Shown one piece after another: positions 53,552 to 64,000 of a stretch of 64,000 nt of DNA. The DNA is from Cycas panzhihuaensis (Eukaryota; Plantae; Cycadophyta): contig CM041465.1 of assembly GCA_023213395.1 (NCBI GenBank), forward strand, positions 88,853,741-88,917,740, given 5' to 3'. The notes beneath the pieces were generated by a model. The model made no database searches, was not told the origin of the DNA, and worked only from the letters and a program-made list of their open reading frames with translations. Numbering within the stretch: position 1 is the first letter of the stretch; each line of letters opens with the position of its first letter. The translations under genes were made by a program, and so were the position numbers.

Positions 53552-54081
53552 ATAGGTATATGTGTCAAATTATCTTCATTGTGACGTGGTGGTCGACAAG
53601 TATAGATTAATGCTCATCCAATGACCCCCAGATCAAATTGTTTTTTTTTTTTGTGGCTCGGAGGTAGGTGACTGCTAGGTATATATTTGCATTCACAAAT
53701 TGACCTACAAATCAAATCGTCTTCTCTATGATTTGGAGGTAGTGATTGCCTGTGTATATTAACATGGATAGGGATCTATGTATTCTTATATATATAACAC
53801 TTATCTTCGTAACTTGGCACATACGTAGGCTTATAGGTATATATGTTGAATTGTCTTCACCATTACAAGATAGGCAACAAGTATAGATTAATGCTCATCT
53901 GTTGGCATGTAGATCAAATCGTTTTTCTCCGTGGCTTAGAGGTAGGCAACCCAAGGTATATATTAATACTCACCCGTTGACTGACAGTTCGAATCATCTT
54001 CTCCATGATTTCAAGGTAGTGGTTGTGTGTGTATATTATTGCAGATAGGGATACATATATTCCTATATATATCAACATTAT
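53552..54081. repeat. Two diverged tandem units (period ~282 bp) built from ~80-bp subrepeats
   Basis: Units start ataggtatat at 53552 and 53834 and share acaagtatagattaatgctcatc, agatcaaat, gaggtagg and gatagggat blocks in the same order. Confidence 0.8.
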
Positions 54082-54207
54082 ATTTGCCCGTGTATATTAT
54101 TCTTTAGTGGTGGCTCGTGTATATTATTTGTCACACATATATATTAGTCGTCATCACATGTTGAATTGCAGAGGCTTAATACATAACATTTTCTCTCTGC
54201 AGAGTGA

Positions 54208-54390
54208 ATGAAATATTAATATGTCAAATATCCGTAATTCCGCATTGGACAAAATATCGTATCTTAATTTTCTCTATGATTTTGTAGCAAACGAAATATC
54301 ACTATGTTAAATTTTTGTGATTCTATGGCAGACAAAATTATTGATATGTTAATTTTCTACAATTTTGCAACTAATGGAATATCGGTATCT
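54208..54390. repeat. Degenerate ~42-bp tandem repeat (4-5 copies)
   Basis: Recurring (g/a)aaatat...tatgttaa(a/t)ttt...gatt units. Confidence 0.55.
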
Positions 54391-56639
54391 TTTTTTCTTT
54401 CATGTAATCTCTCTTTCTATGGTTTTGATCTGGTCAGATTGTCCCACTTGGATTATTCATAATCTTGCGAAGCCTTTGTCAAATCCTAACCTCATATTAT
54501 TATGTAACCCTGAACTTATCTGGGATACACACTTGTGCTCTACCAAGCTATCAGGTTATGAGATGTGTGAAGGATATCTAGTCTTCACAACCCCGTGAAA
54601 TGGGAATATACAAACAGAGGTATGCCTATGTAAAGGCACTATTACTTGGCACAATTGTAATCCAAAATAGTTTCTCACAGGGCAGGAATGTTGTTCTCAT
54701 AGGGCAAGAATGTTTGCTTTGATACCATTTGTTGTGAACCTAAGTTCATAACTTGAGAACAATCTCCAAATCCAAGAGAGCACACAAGCACATAGGCACG
54801 CTAAAGAATTGAATAGTCAAAACACCAATATATTTAATTGATAGAAATGAATGATGTTGAATGTTTACAATAGTTACATATTTATATGCACGACATAATG
54901 TCTTTTGGTGAATGGATGCAACCATTCAAGAGCACTTTTTGATAATAATTGGATTAACAAATTAGGGTCATAACATTGTCGATGCAACTCTTCAACAAAT
55001 TAGAGAGTGAAGATAGTTGCAAGCCATTACTATCAAAGGCTAGATGGATCCAAATGTTGTAGTAGCTTCAACAATCGAACTATGGCAGGTGGCAGCTAGA
55101 GTGAGAAAGAGAGGATCACACGAAATCATAGCTCAGGGGATGGCACAAGGATATCAACATAGATGACAAGCAATCAACGTATCATCACTGAATGATAAGC
55201 AAATGTATGTCAAATGGCCAGCATATGACATGCTCGAGTGAGTAGGAGCTCGAGTGAGTAGGAAGAGGTTGCATGACAATGATGAGCTCTGGGCAAAATA
55301 ATCAACAAGAACCTATGATAAGATGACATGCGAACAACAAATTAGAGATACTGAACAGAGGATGGATCATGGCACTCACGAGTAGCCCAAGCATGAACAA
55401 ATTATGGCAAATACACTACGATAAATCAATGTGCCACATCTACACAATAACGAATCTTGCAATGAATCTTCGTCAAAGGCAACATTTACTGATTTATAAG
55501 TGCTACCCTTGATTTTCTAAGTGTTGGAAACAGAGAAATTAGATTTGAGTCATTGTTGTTTTCTCGTTCTTTGTTTGTTGGAATCGATTTTAGGGGCACA
55601 CAACAGGGCTCTAATACTAGTTTACGGTGAGCCCATTCCAATATCATATTTAGATCAAAACATATATCAATTAATATTCAAAAAATATAAACAATGTATG
55701 ATAATATCATATGATCAATCCTCTTTGTGGCAAAGGTTTCTCCAAGGCACCAAAATGCCACGATGGCATTAAGCCATTGTTCAAATGTGACAAAATAATA
55801 ATTCCAAAATATTATAATAAATTATTAGGGATCCCTTATTTATAGCCATAAGTTAGAGCCTATTTGGAGCCAACTTCACATGCCTAATTGAGCTAACTTG
55901 ATATTAATATAATTAAGCTTGTAATTATTTATTTTGAGCCAACTTCCCATTAGGCTTGTGACAAGAGATGTCAAGTTGAATAGAAAATTTGAATGGCAAT
56001 CTTTAGATCTATTATACATTGACTCTCCCAAACTTAGTGTTGCCATTTGACATAGAGGCAAAAGCACCAAAATATGCATTGGGTGTGGTGTTGGCACAAA
56101 AGGGTGGCCCCATTGCATATCATCCGATGACCTTCCTAGGGGTAATGATGAAATAAAACACCTAAGGCAAGGACTTATATAGTGCAAGCAATCAAGTACT
56201 AGTAGTTAAGTTACCAAAATTCTAGTTTCCTTGATGCTTTCACTTTTTACAAACTCCCAGACACTAACAAAAATTCCTAAGAACATTTACAAAGATGTTT
56301 CCTAGGCAATTTTCAATTTGAAAACATGTTCTCAGTTGTGTTTACCACCCAAAAATGCTAAGGGTGGAAGCTACATGGTAGGTGGGCCCCACACACTATT
56401 ACTATCCCTAACTACTAAATATTAAAAATAACATAAACCGTTGAATACATAATGAATTTCATAATTGAGTTTATTTCATATCGCATGCTCTATAATCTAT
56501 AGGTATACGTTTTGTTTTCTAGATGCATAATTTAATATAATTTTGATGTGTAAAATTTTCATATTTTTTTAAAGCCCTAGACATTTCTACATTTTCTAAC
56601 TTTTGAAATTTGGGTTTTTTCCATTTCTATTTTTATTTT

Positions 56640-57630
56640 CAACTTCCTAACAACTTAGATTGGAGTCATAATCTCCTTACAAAGAAGACAATCATTGACT
56701 CAAACAACAATCCTCATCAATTCTTACACATATGGACAAGGCTTGACGAACGTCAACATGTTAATTGAATGCAATACTTAACGCAATTTCAACTTGTTAT
56801 TGGGTATAACAAAGGGGCTACTAATAAAGAAGTGGATTGCACGAATCACCCTCACATGCCCTCTCTATTGTCTACATTGGAAACTAAAGGATTTGAATCC
56901 AATGTTCAAAGGAGAACTATACATAGCATGCCAAAACTTGGATTTTAGTAGCATAGTAGCAAACTTAGAAATCCCCATCCATTCTAACAAAGGAGTAGCA
57001 TGAGGATTTTCATATGTCAGATGGAATATTATACAGGTTGTTATCATTACGTGTACCTTCAAGCAACCTACAATAAGAGTTGGAGGAAGCACATCATATG
57101 AGAGTTCTACAGCACTTGAAGTGCAAAAACAAAATTGCAACATTTGTAACAATATTTGTATTGGCTAAATATATTGCAAGACATGGAGAGATATATCCAA
57201 GCTTGATCTCCATGTTATGTCACCAATTAATCAAAAGCTAGGTAAGTATTAACCATTGCTTGTAACTAATTCCATATGGGAGTTGATTTATATGGACTTC
57301 ACCATTGATTTGCCAACCACCCCAATTAGTAAGGATTATTGTTGATCAATGTAATAATATGATAGTCTTGGTATCGTTTAAGAAGTTTATTATGGCCAAA
57401 CAAGCAACCAAGTTATTTTCCATCATTTGTGGATTTGTTTTGGACTTTCTTTTGCCCATAATTTCAAATAGGGACAACAAATTCCTAAATGTCTTCTACA
57501 CAACTTGTAGGGATTGGTGGGCACAAAACTAAAAATATCTTAATATGTCCATCCTCAAGCAAACAAGTAGTTTGAAGTGGCAAAACAAATAATGGTCAAT
57601 AATAAATATCCTCACATGTTGATCAACTCT
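56640..57630 (+). mobile_element. Ancient Gypsy RNase H/integrase remnant
   Basis: Decayed WELIYMDFTIDLP (~57276-57316), IISNRDNKFL (ORF 57305-57532) and HPQ.N...EV motifs; boundaries approximate. Confidence 0.7.
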
Positions 57631-58854
57631 ATCATTTATCATGTACCATAGATATACTATATCTTGCATTTCTTAGAGGTAGGTACTTTAGGTTTAATTT
57701 AGCATGTTTGTAACATGAGTGGTCTCCACTGACTTTATGTACTTTTAGGTCATGGACCCTCACTGTGTGATTATTGTCCTCATAAGCCCAAGTACATGTA
57801 ATGCCAAATGAGCTAAGGGCCACAAAATAAGGTAAATTAGACAATAAGTTAGCTAAATTAGTCAATTTAGGTATGGGTTATCAGAAATTCTTGTCAAGTT
57901 TTTGTAACCAATATTTAGTTACAAGCTTCTTGTAATCAATAGTTGCATGTAACTACCCCTACCTCTCGCCTTATAAAGAGAGGAGAGGCACACTTTTTGT
58001 AGACATAGAGGATATAGTGATAATATAAAGAATACGGAGGAGGAATTGATGGCAAATGCATATGTACATACACTCATTTTCAATTCCTGAAAATAGGAGC
58101 ATCGCCTCCAATTTATGAGCTCCTCTCATAGCATGCCATCTCATATGTGTTTGTAGTACTTCTCATATATGTTTGCAACCACATCCAAGACATTGGCAGA
58201 CTCCAACAACTCAACACAATCTACTTGCAACCACCTCATTACTCACATCCGCAATCTAGTGACAAAATTTGCATTCTAATACCACTTTGTAATGGCCCTT
58301 CTCTAGGAGGACACTATATAGTAGCCTCCTAGACTACCTAAGTTCAAGATTTTACCTGCAACAAACCATAAGATTTGCAAGTAACATGTTGTGCTAGCAG
58401 TATAAAGAATTATGTGATTACATGTACTCCATATGATAATAATATGTAGATAGTATACCTCTAGTAAACAAGAACATATACATATTCTAGCTCTATCTCC
58501 CAAGCATGCAATAGCATATAAACAAGTATTTATCTATAACTAAAATAAACATGACATGATATCAAGAGAACATTGACATAAACTAGAACATAAAAACTTA
58601 TCTCTTATGGAGAAAAATCTAGATTGCTCATAGGGGATTCACCACCTGGCCAACCAAAAACTCCTCTTGAGAATCCACCTCCAAGTTGAGGCACATGAAA
58701 TGAACGAAGAAGTACCAACAGATGGACTCCAAACTATCATCTCATCCCCGAAACATCACAACAAACGATAATATTTCAATAGACAACTTGACAACCATAC
58801 AAAAGTTCGGCAAAAATAAGAGCAACTACATATCACATGCATGCAATGTAGAAC

Positions 58855-61800
58855 TGTTAAAATTTGAATAATAATAGGAATGGAGAACTAATCATGGCAG
58901 GATTAAAATGTCAATTAATATGAAATTACTTTAACATAACTGAAATAAATCTCACGCTAAAGTCATCTCTTATTAAATTTTACAATGCACTGTACATGCA
59001 TAAATACAACTCTAAAACAAAATCTAAATTCTAACTAATCAACATATGTGATGTGAAAGTTGTAACCCCCAATGACTCATCACTCACATAAACATTAAAA
59101 TAAATCTAAACTTAATATAATAAAAAACTTAAAGGGAGACCCATAACTCAAAGTTATGAGCTAAAAATAAACATTCATATTAATACTCCTTCTTAATGTT
59201 TATTTCATCTTTTCTAACACCTAAACCATCCCTAAAAGTTTAGAATCTATTACATGCTAATAATTTAGTGAAGATGTCAGTCAATTATTCTTTTGTCAGC
59301 TTGAACATCATCTCAATCATACCTTTTTGAATCAATTCTCAAATAGAGTGATGGTGCACCTCAATATGTTTGGTGCAAGTGCGAAATACCAAATTTTTTG
59401 CAATCTTCAAAGTATTATGATTGTCACAATACAAGATAGTTGGTTCCAATTGCAGTAGTCCCATGTCCTCCAAAATCTGACATAACCAAACGGCTTCAAT
59501 AGCTGCTATAATTGCAGCCTTATACTCTGTTTCAGTCGAGAATAAAGCAACATTTGATTACTTTTTACTGCTCCAAGTGATGATAGATGAACCCAAACTA
59601 AAACAGTATCCAAAAATTGATCTTCTATTATCTGCATGTCCGGCCCAATCGAAATCTGTGAATCCTATCAACTTGAAATTGTCATTATGCTAGAATTTAA
59701 GTCCATATTCAATTGTCCCTTTCAAGTATTCGAGGATCCTCTTTGCAAATTTCCAATGACTTTATTTTTGCACAGTCATAAATCTAGACACCATTCTAAG
59801 TGCCAAAAAATATATCAAGTCTGGTAGTAATCACATATATTAGACTTCCCACCAATTACTTGTACAATGTTGAATCAACATTTGCTCCACCATCTTCCGT
59901 TGTTAATCTAGAACCTGTCTCCATGGAGGCAAGTGCAAGTTTACAATCATTCATTCTAAATTTACTTCTCAAGTGTACTTCGCCTGCAAGATGAATACAT
60001 GCTCAAGCCTTTGCCATACTTCCACACCAAATAAGTAGTGTAAATTCCTAGATCTGTCATCTCAAAGAAATGACTAAGATCTACCTTCACGTTTGATATC
60101 ATATCGATATCATTACCTATGATCAGTACATTGTCAATATACAATACCACAAACATGATTTTATATTTTTCTACTTTGATGTATAAATTTGAGTCAGCTA
60201 GAGATCTCTCAAATCCATTCTTCAAAAAATATTAATCAATCTTTTCATACTGGGCTCTAGGAGCCTGTTTCAGCTTGAACAAGACCTTCCTGAGTCGACA
60301 TACAAAATGCTCATGAGCTTTTTCAACAAAGCCAAGTGGCTACTCCATGCAGACTCCTTTGTTTAAATCCCCATTCAAAAATGCACTCTTTACGTCCATC
60401 TGTTGTAGTTGCCAATTGAATTGTGCAACTATTGCCAAAATGAAACAAATGGTATTCATCTTTGCAATAAGAGCAAATGTCTCTTGGTAGTCAATCCCTT
60501 CTTGTTGCTTGAAGCCTTTCACTACAAGTACAGCTTTGTATCTATCTCTGCATCCGTTCGATTTGAACTTCTTCCTGTAGATCCATTTACATCCAATTGC
60601 ATTCTTGCTAGTAGGCAATTTGACCAAATCCCATATGTGGTTCTTCCTATAGATCCATTTGCATCCAATTGCATGCTTACTAGTAGGCAATTTGACCAAA
60701 TCCCATATGTGGTTCTTCCTAACAGCTTAGATCTTAGTCTCCATAGCATCATTTCACTTCTACTCTTTGACAGCTTCTTCAATTGTAGATGGTTCATTTG
60801 CATCTAATACACGTGGTATAAGAGCTATGCTCACCTGTTCAAAAGTTTGCATCTTTGACTTCCACTTTCTCTCAGAATCAAGTAACAACTTCTTAGCATC
60901 CTTCATAGTTTTTGAATACCATTTTGGAAGCTTCTTCTTCAATGATGAAGGTGAAGGATTAGACAATTTCTCTGGCTTTGGCTTCTGCTTAGAATTAGCT
61001 TTTGGAAACTAAAAGGATTCTAATTCTACTTCTTCACCAATAACAAGCGGCTCATATTCAAGTTTAACAAGACCACATGAAGAACTACATTCAGGCAACT
61101 CCTCTACCTGATCCTCAACCTCAACTGAATTAACATCTTGTGTCTCATCTTCCTAAAAGATTACATCACGAGTTGTATGAACTTTTCGAGTTGATAACTT
61201 ATATACTCCATATGCTTTGCTTTCCTTAGAGTATCCAACAAGGATGCACTTCATGCTTTTATCTTCTAACTTTCGTCATTTTTCCTTGGGAATATGCACG
61301 TATACATTACACCCAAAGATTCTCAGATGACTTACAGTTGGTTTCCTACCTAACCAAGCCTCCTCAGGTGTTATGTTCCTAATAGCCCTTGTAGTTCTTC
61401 TATTCATCATATATGTAGTTGTGTTTACAACTTCTGCCCATAAGAAATCTGTAACATCCTTGCCTTTCATCATCACTTTGGCTTTTCCAACCAAAGTTTT
61501 GTTCATCCGCTCGACAACTTCATTCTCGAGGCGATAGGCGAGTAAACTACCTCTTAATTCCATAATCCTTGCAGAACTATGTGAATTCATTCCAAATGTT
61601 CTCTCCACTATTGTCAATTCATAGGACCTTGACCTTCTGACCACTTTCACTCTCCACCAACTTCTTAAACTATTTGAAGTAAGCGAAGGCTCATGATTTT
61701 TTTCTCAGTGGAAAAACCCAAACTTTCATTGAAATTTGTCAATGAAAGTGATGAAATATCTCGCTCCACCTAGTGAGATGATAGGCATTGGTCCACAAAT

Positions 61801-64000
61801 GTCTCAGTGAACCAATTCTAACTTTTCTCTTGCTCTTCATGCTTTCTTCTTCAAAAATGGCTTTTTGTGTTGCCTATCAAATACAAAATTCACATAAACA
61901 AACTTTGTTGTTAATCATAGGAAGATCATGCACCATTTTTTACTTGTGCATTAGTTAGAGACTAGAGTAGTTCAAATGACCCACTCTTTCATGCCATAAC
62001 CTTTGTTTAGCCGATACAACAAGGGACGTTGTCTGTACATAAGAGTGTCCTTACAATTTATACATATTATTCTCTCCAAGTCTTATGGCTACAACCTTGT
62101 TCTGTTTATCTCGAACAATGCACTATCCTCAAGCAAACATTGTAGTCATATCTTGTTATTCAATTTCATCAACTAAAATAAGATTTGCCTTTAGATTTAA
62201 TACGTGCAAAACATTTTCCAAGTGTTGTTGATCACCATTCGACAAAATAAATGGTACCTTTCCAATTCCAACAACGTCCATTTCGGTCATCCCTAATGGT
62301 TACTTTCGATTCACCTACCACATCTCAAAGAAACCAATCCAACCTTCTAGTCATATGTGATGCACCAGAATCAATGGATCATATATCATGTACATCATAA
62401 CCCATTTCATATGCAGCAAGAAGCAGCCGTGTTATAATCATAACAAGTGTCTCCTCTATTGAATCCATAACATGACCACATTGTCCAGGTGGTCATTGTT
62501 ACTACTTTTGTTGTTTGGGTTGATTTTGAGGCTACAAAGAGCGTTGTTGTCACTGTCATTCCCAACAATCCTTTTTTATATGACCTAGCCTCCCACAACA
62601 ATAACATTTAGGCCTGTATTGTCCCTTTGAAGTTCCCGATTTGCACTTTTGAACTACACTTTGAAATAAAGGGCTTCTTCCCTTTCGATTTAGATATGAG
62701 TGCTCCAGATGACTCGCTATGCATGTGTTTCAATTCCTACTCATGTGCCACAAGTAGGGATTCCAAAAAAACAATTGTCATAGTGGACAATTTATCTACC
62801 AGGGTTAATGTGGTTGTGAAGTTCTTATACTGGAGTGGTAGACTCCTTTGTATGCAAGCAATGATTTCTGAATCAGGAATCACCTCCCCATTTGTCAACA
62901 ATTGATCCTAAATTGACCACACATTATGCATGTGTTCCATCATATTTCCAATCATCTTCAAAGTGTACAGCTGACTTCGTAGGTTCAAGGCTCTCACGTC
63001 GTCCTTTGTGCTCAAACAGGTTCACAACCGTGTCCCACATATGTTTCGATGTAATAATGCCCTTGATGTTTAAAATGGTGCTGCCACTAATTGACACGCT
63101 GACAAAACCAAAAGTTATATGCATCTTCTATTGGTATTCAGCATTAAAAGTAACATCGTTAGTCGACTTAGTTTCAAACACAGTAAACTCCGTAGCATCT
63201 TTACCTCTGACTAATTTGTTTACACACTTCCAGAGATCATTTAAATGAAAGAAACTAAACATATGATGTTTCCAAATAGTATAATTTTCATGACCTATGA
63301 GTTTTTCTATGATTGTACCCATTATGCTTCCTCCACTAGCCATTTTAAGCCAAAAACTGACAAAAGACAACTAAAAAGTAACTAAACAAGCACATAAATA
63401 AAGTAAGAAGGCTGTGAAAGTCTTCAGTCTATACACAGTTAACTGGTATGAGTGAATTTACTATCTCGATCTACTCATAGGTAGCCGAAATATCACAAAA
63501 AATGCAAAATATTGATTTTTCACCAAAATTTTGTACTGAAGTGTTGCATATGATTGTTGTCACATCGTAGATCTTGAAAAATCAAGCATTGTGGTATATT
63601 TATTTGTCCAGAACGGACTTTGGATCATCCTATAATGAACATGGCTCCTAAAATACCACATGAACGAGGCTAGTTGGCTGGCAGCATCAGTGTGAACCTC
63701 AAAATTAAACCTAGTTCAGTCTAATGTAGCCCAAACATTAGAAATTTAAAAATAAACTTTAGCCAAAGTTTATTTGAGAATATTCTCCACCAAACATTCC
63801 CCCAATGGCATCAGCAATGAACAAATCCTCCTCAAAATCAATTTTCTTAGAATTAGAACCGTTTTTTCCAAAAATAACTTTGTCACTACATTGTCAACCT
63901 TTCAACGATCACAATGATAGGTTAGTGACAAGGCTTTCATGGCAACAATGATGATTGGGCATGAAAAAGCGGTTGTCCTCCTCCTCTATCCAAGTTTGAT
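58855..64000 (-). mobile_element. Degenerate Ty1/Copia retrotransposon; 5' LTR lies beyond the right edge
   Basis: Putative 3' LTR 58855-59185 next to PPT ctccttcttaatg 59186-59198; RH ~59200-59700, RT (QMDVKSAFLNG, ORF 60340-60699), INT (ORF 61276-61650), PR WSIDSGASHM ~62350-62385, gag (ORF 63128-63370, ENYTIWK). Outer LTR boundary inferred without a partner. Confidence 0.92.
60569..60720. repeat. 72-bp in-frame tandem duplication in Copia RT
   Basis: Copies start at 60569 and 60641 with 4 mismatches; bounded by ttcttcct microhomology present three times (60569, 60641, 60713). Confidence 0.95.

Larger units (their letters stand above)
50823..54975 (-). mobile_element. Internally deleted Gypsy (gag + protease only, long repeat-containing leader), 4.15 kb
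   Basis: LTRs 50823-51048 and 54730-54975; PBS gctttgatacca 54716-54727; PPT 51049-51060; TSD ttatc/ttgtc; protease ILVDSGCSYNFID (~51730-51770) and GGVDVVLGSQWLRTLG; no RT, RH or INT. Confidence 0.88.

Noticed and set aside
53552-54390. CRISPR-like repeat-spacer array
   Set aside because: Degenerate tandem units without unique spacers, inside a plant retroelement, with no cas genes.
57650-58854. Further LTR(s) with PBS-like ttctaatacca at ~58274-58284
   Set aside because: Plausible TE debris, but no paired repeat or TSD within the window to delimit it.
283-63248. The many short ORFs antisense to TE coding regions or in AT-rich spacers
   Set aside because: Shadow or random ORFs with no motifs; explained by opposite-strand gag-pol or by chance.

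Overview
AT-rich plant nuclear DNA, about 90% of it old, nested LTR retrotransposons. The decayed but still paired LTRs suggest a very large genome such as a gymnosperm (inference). I delimited nine LTR-bounded elements by their LTR pairs, iMet PBS, PPT and 5-bp TSDs: three chromodomain-bearing Ty3/Gypsy, two Ty1/Copia and four non-autonomous elements. A third Copia runs off the right edge and there are several older fragments. All gag-pol frames are broken. The only host gene is a type-B cytokinin response regulator (ARR1/ARR2-like) on the minus strand, seen as three canonically spliced exons at 10446-10598, 9947-10337 and 9624-9700. Its middle exon has two 1-bp deletions, both in A-runs. I could not find exon 1 or the exon after SHLQ in the window, so it is a pseudogene/fragment, a receiver-only variant, or an intact long-intron gene with homopolymer assembly errors. 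I found no convincing wholly new biological system. The best leads are this gene, a non-coding module shared between different retroelements, and several small non-autonomous LTR families.
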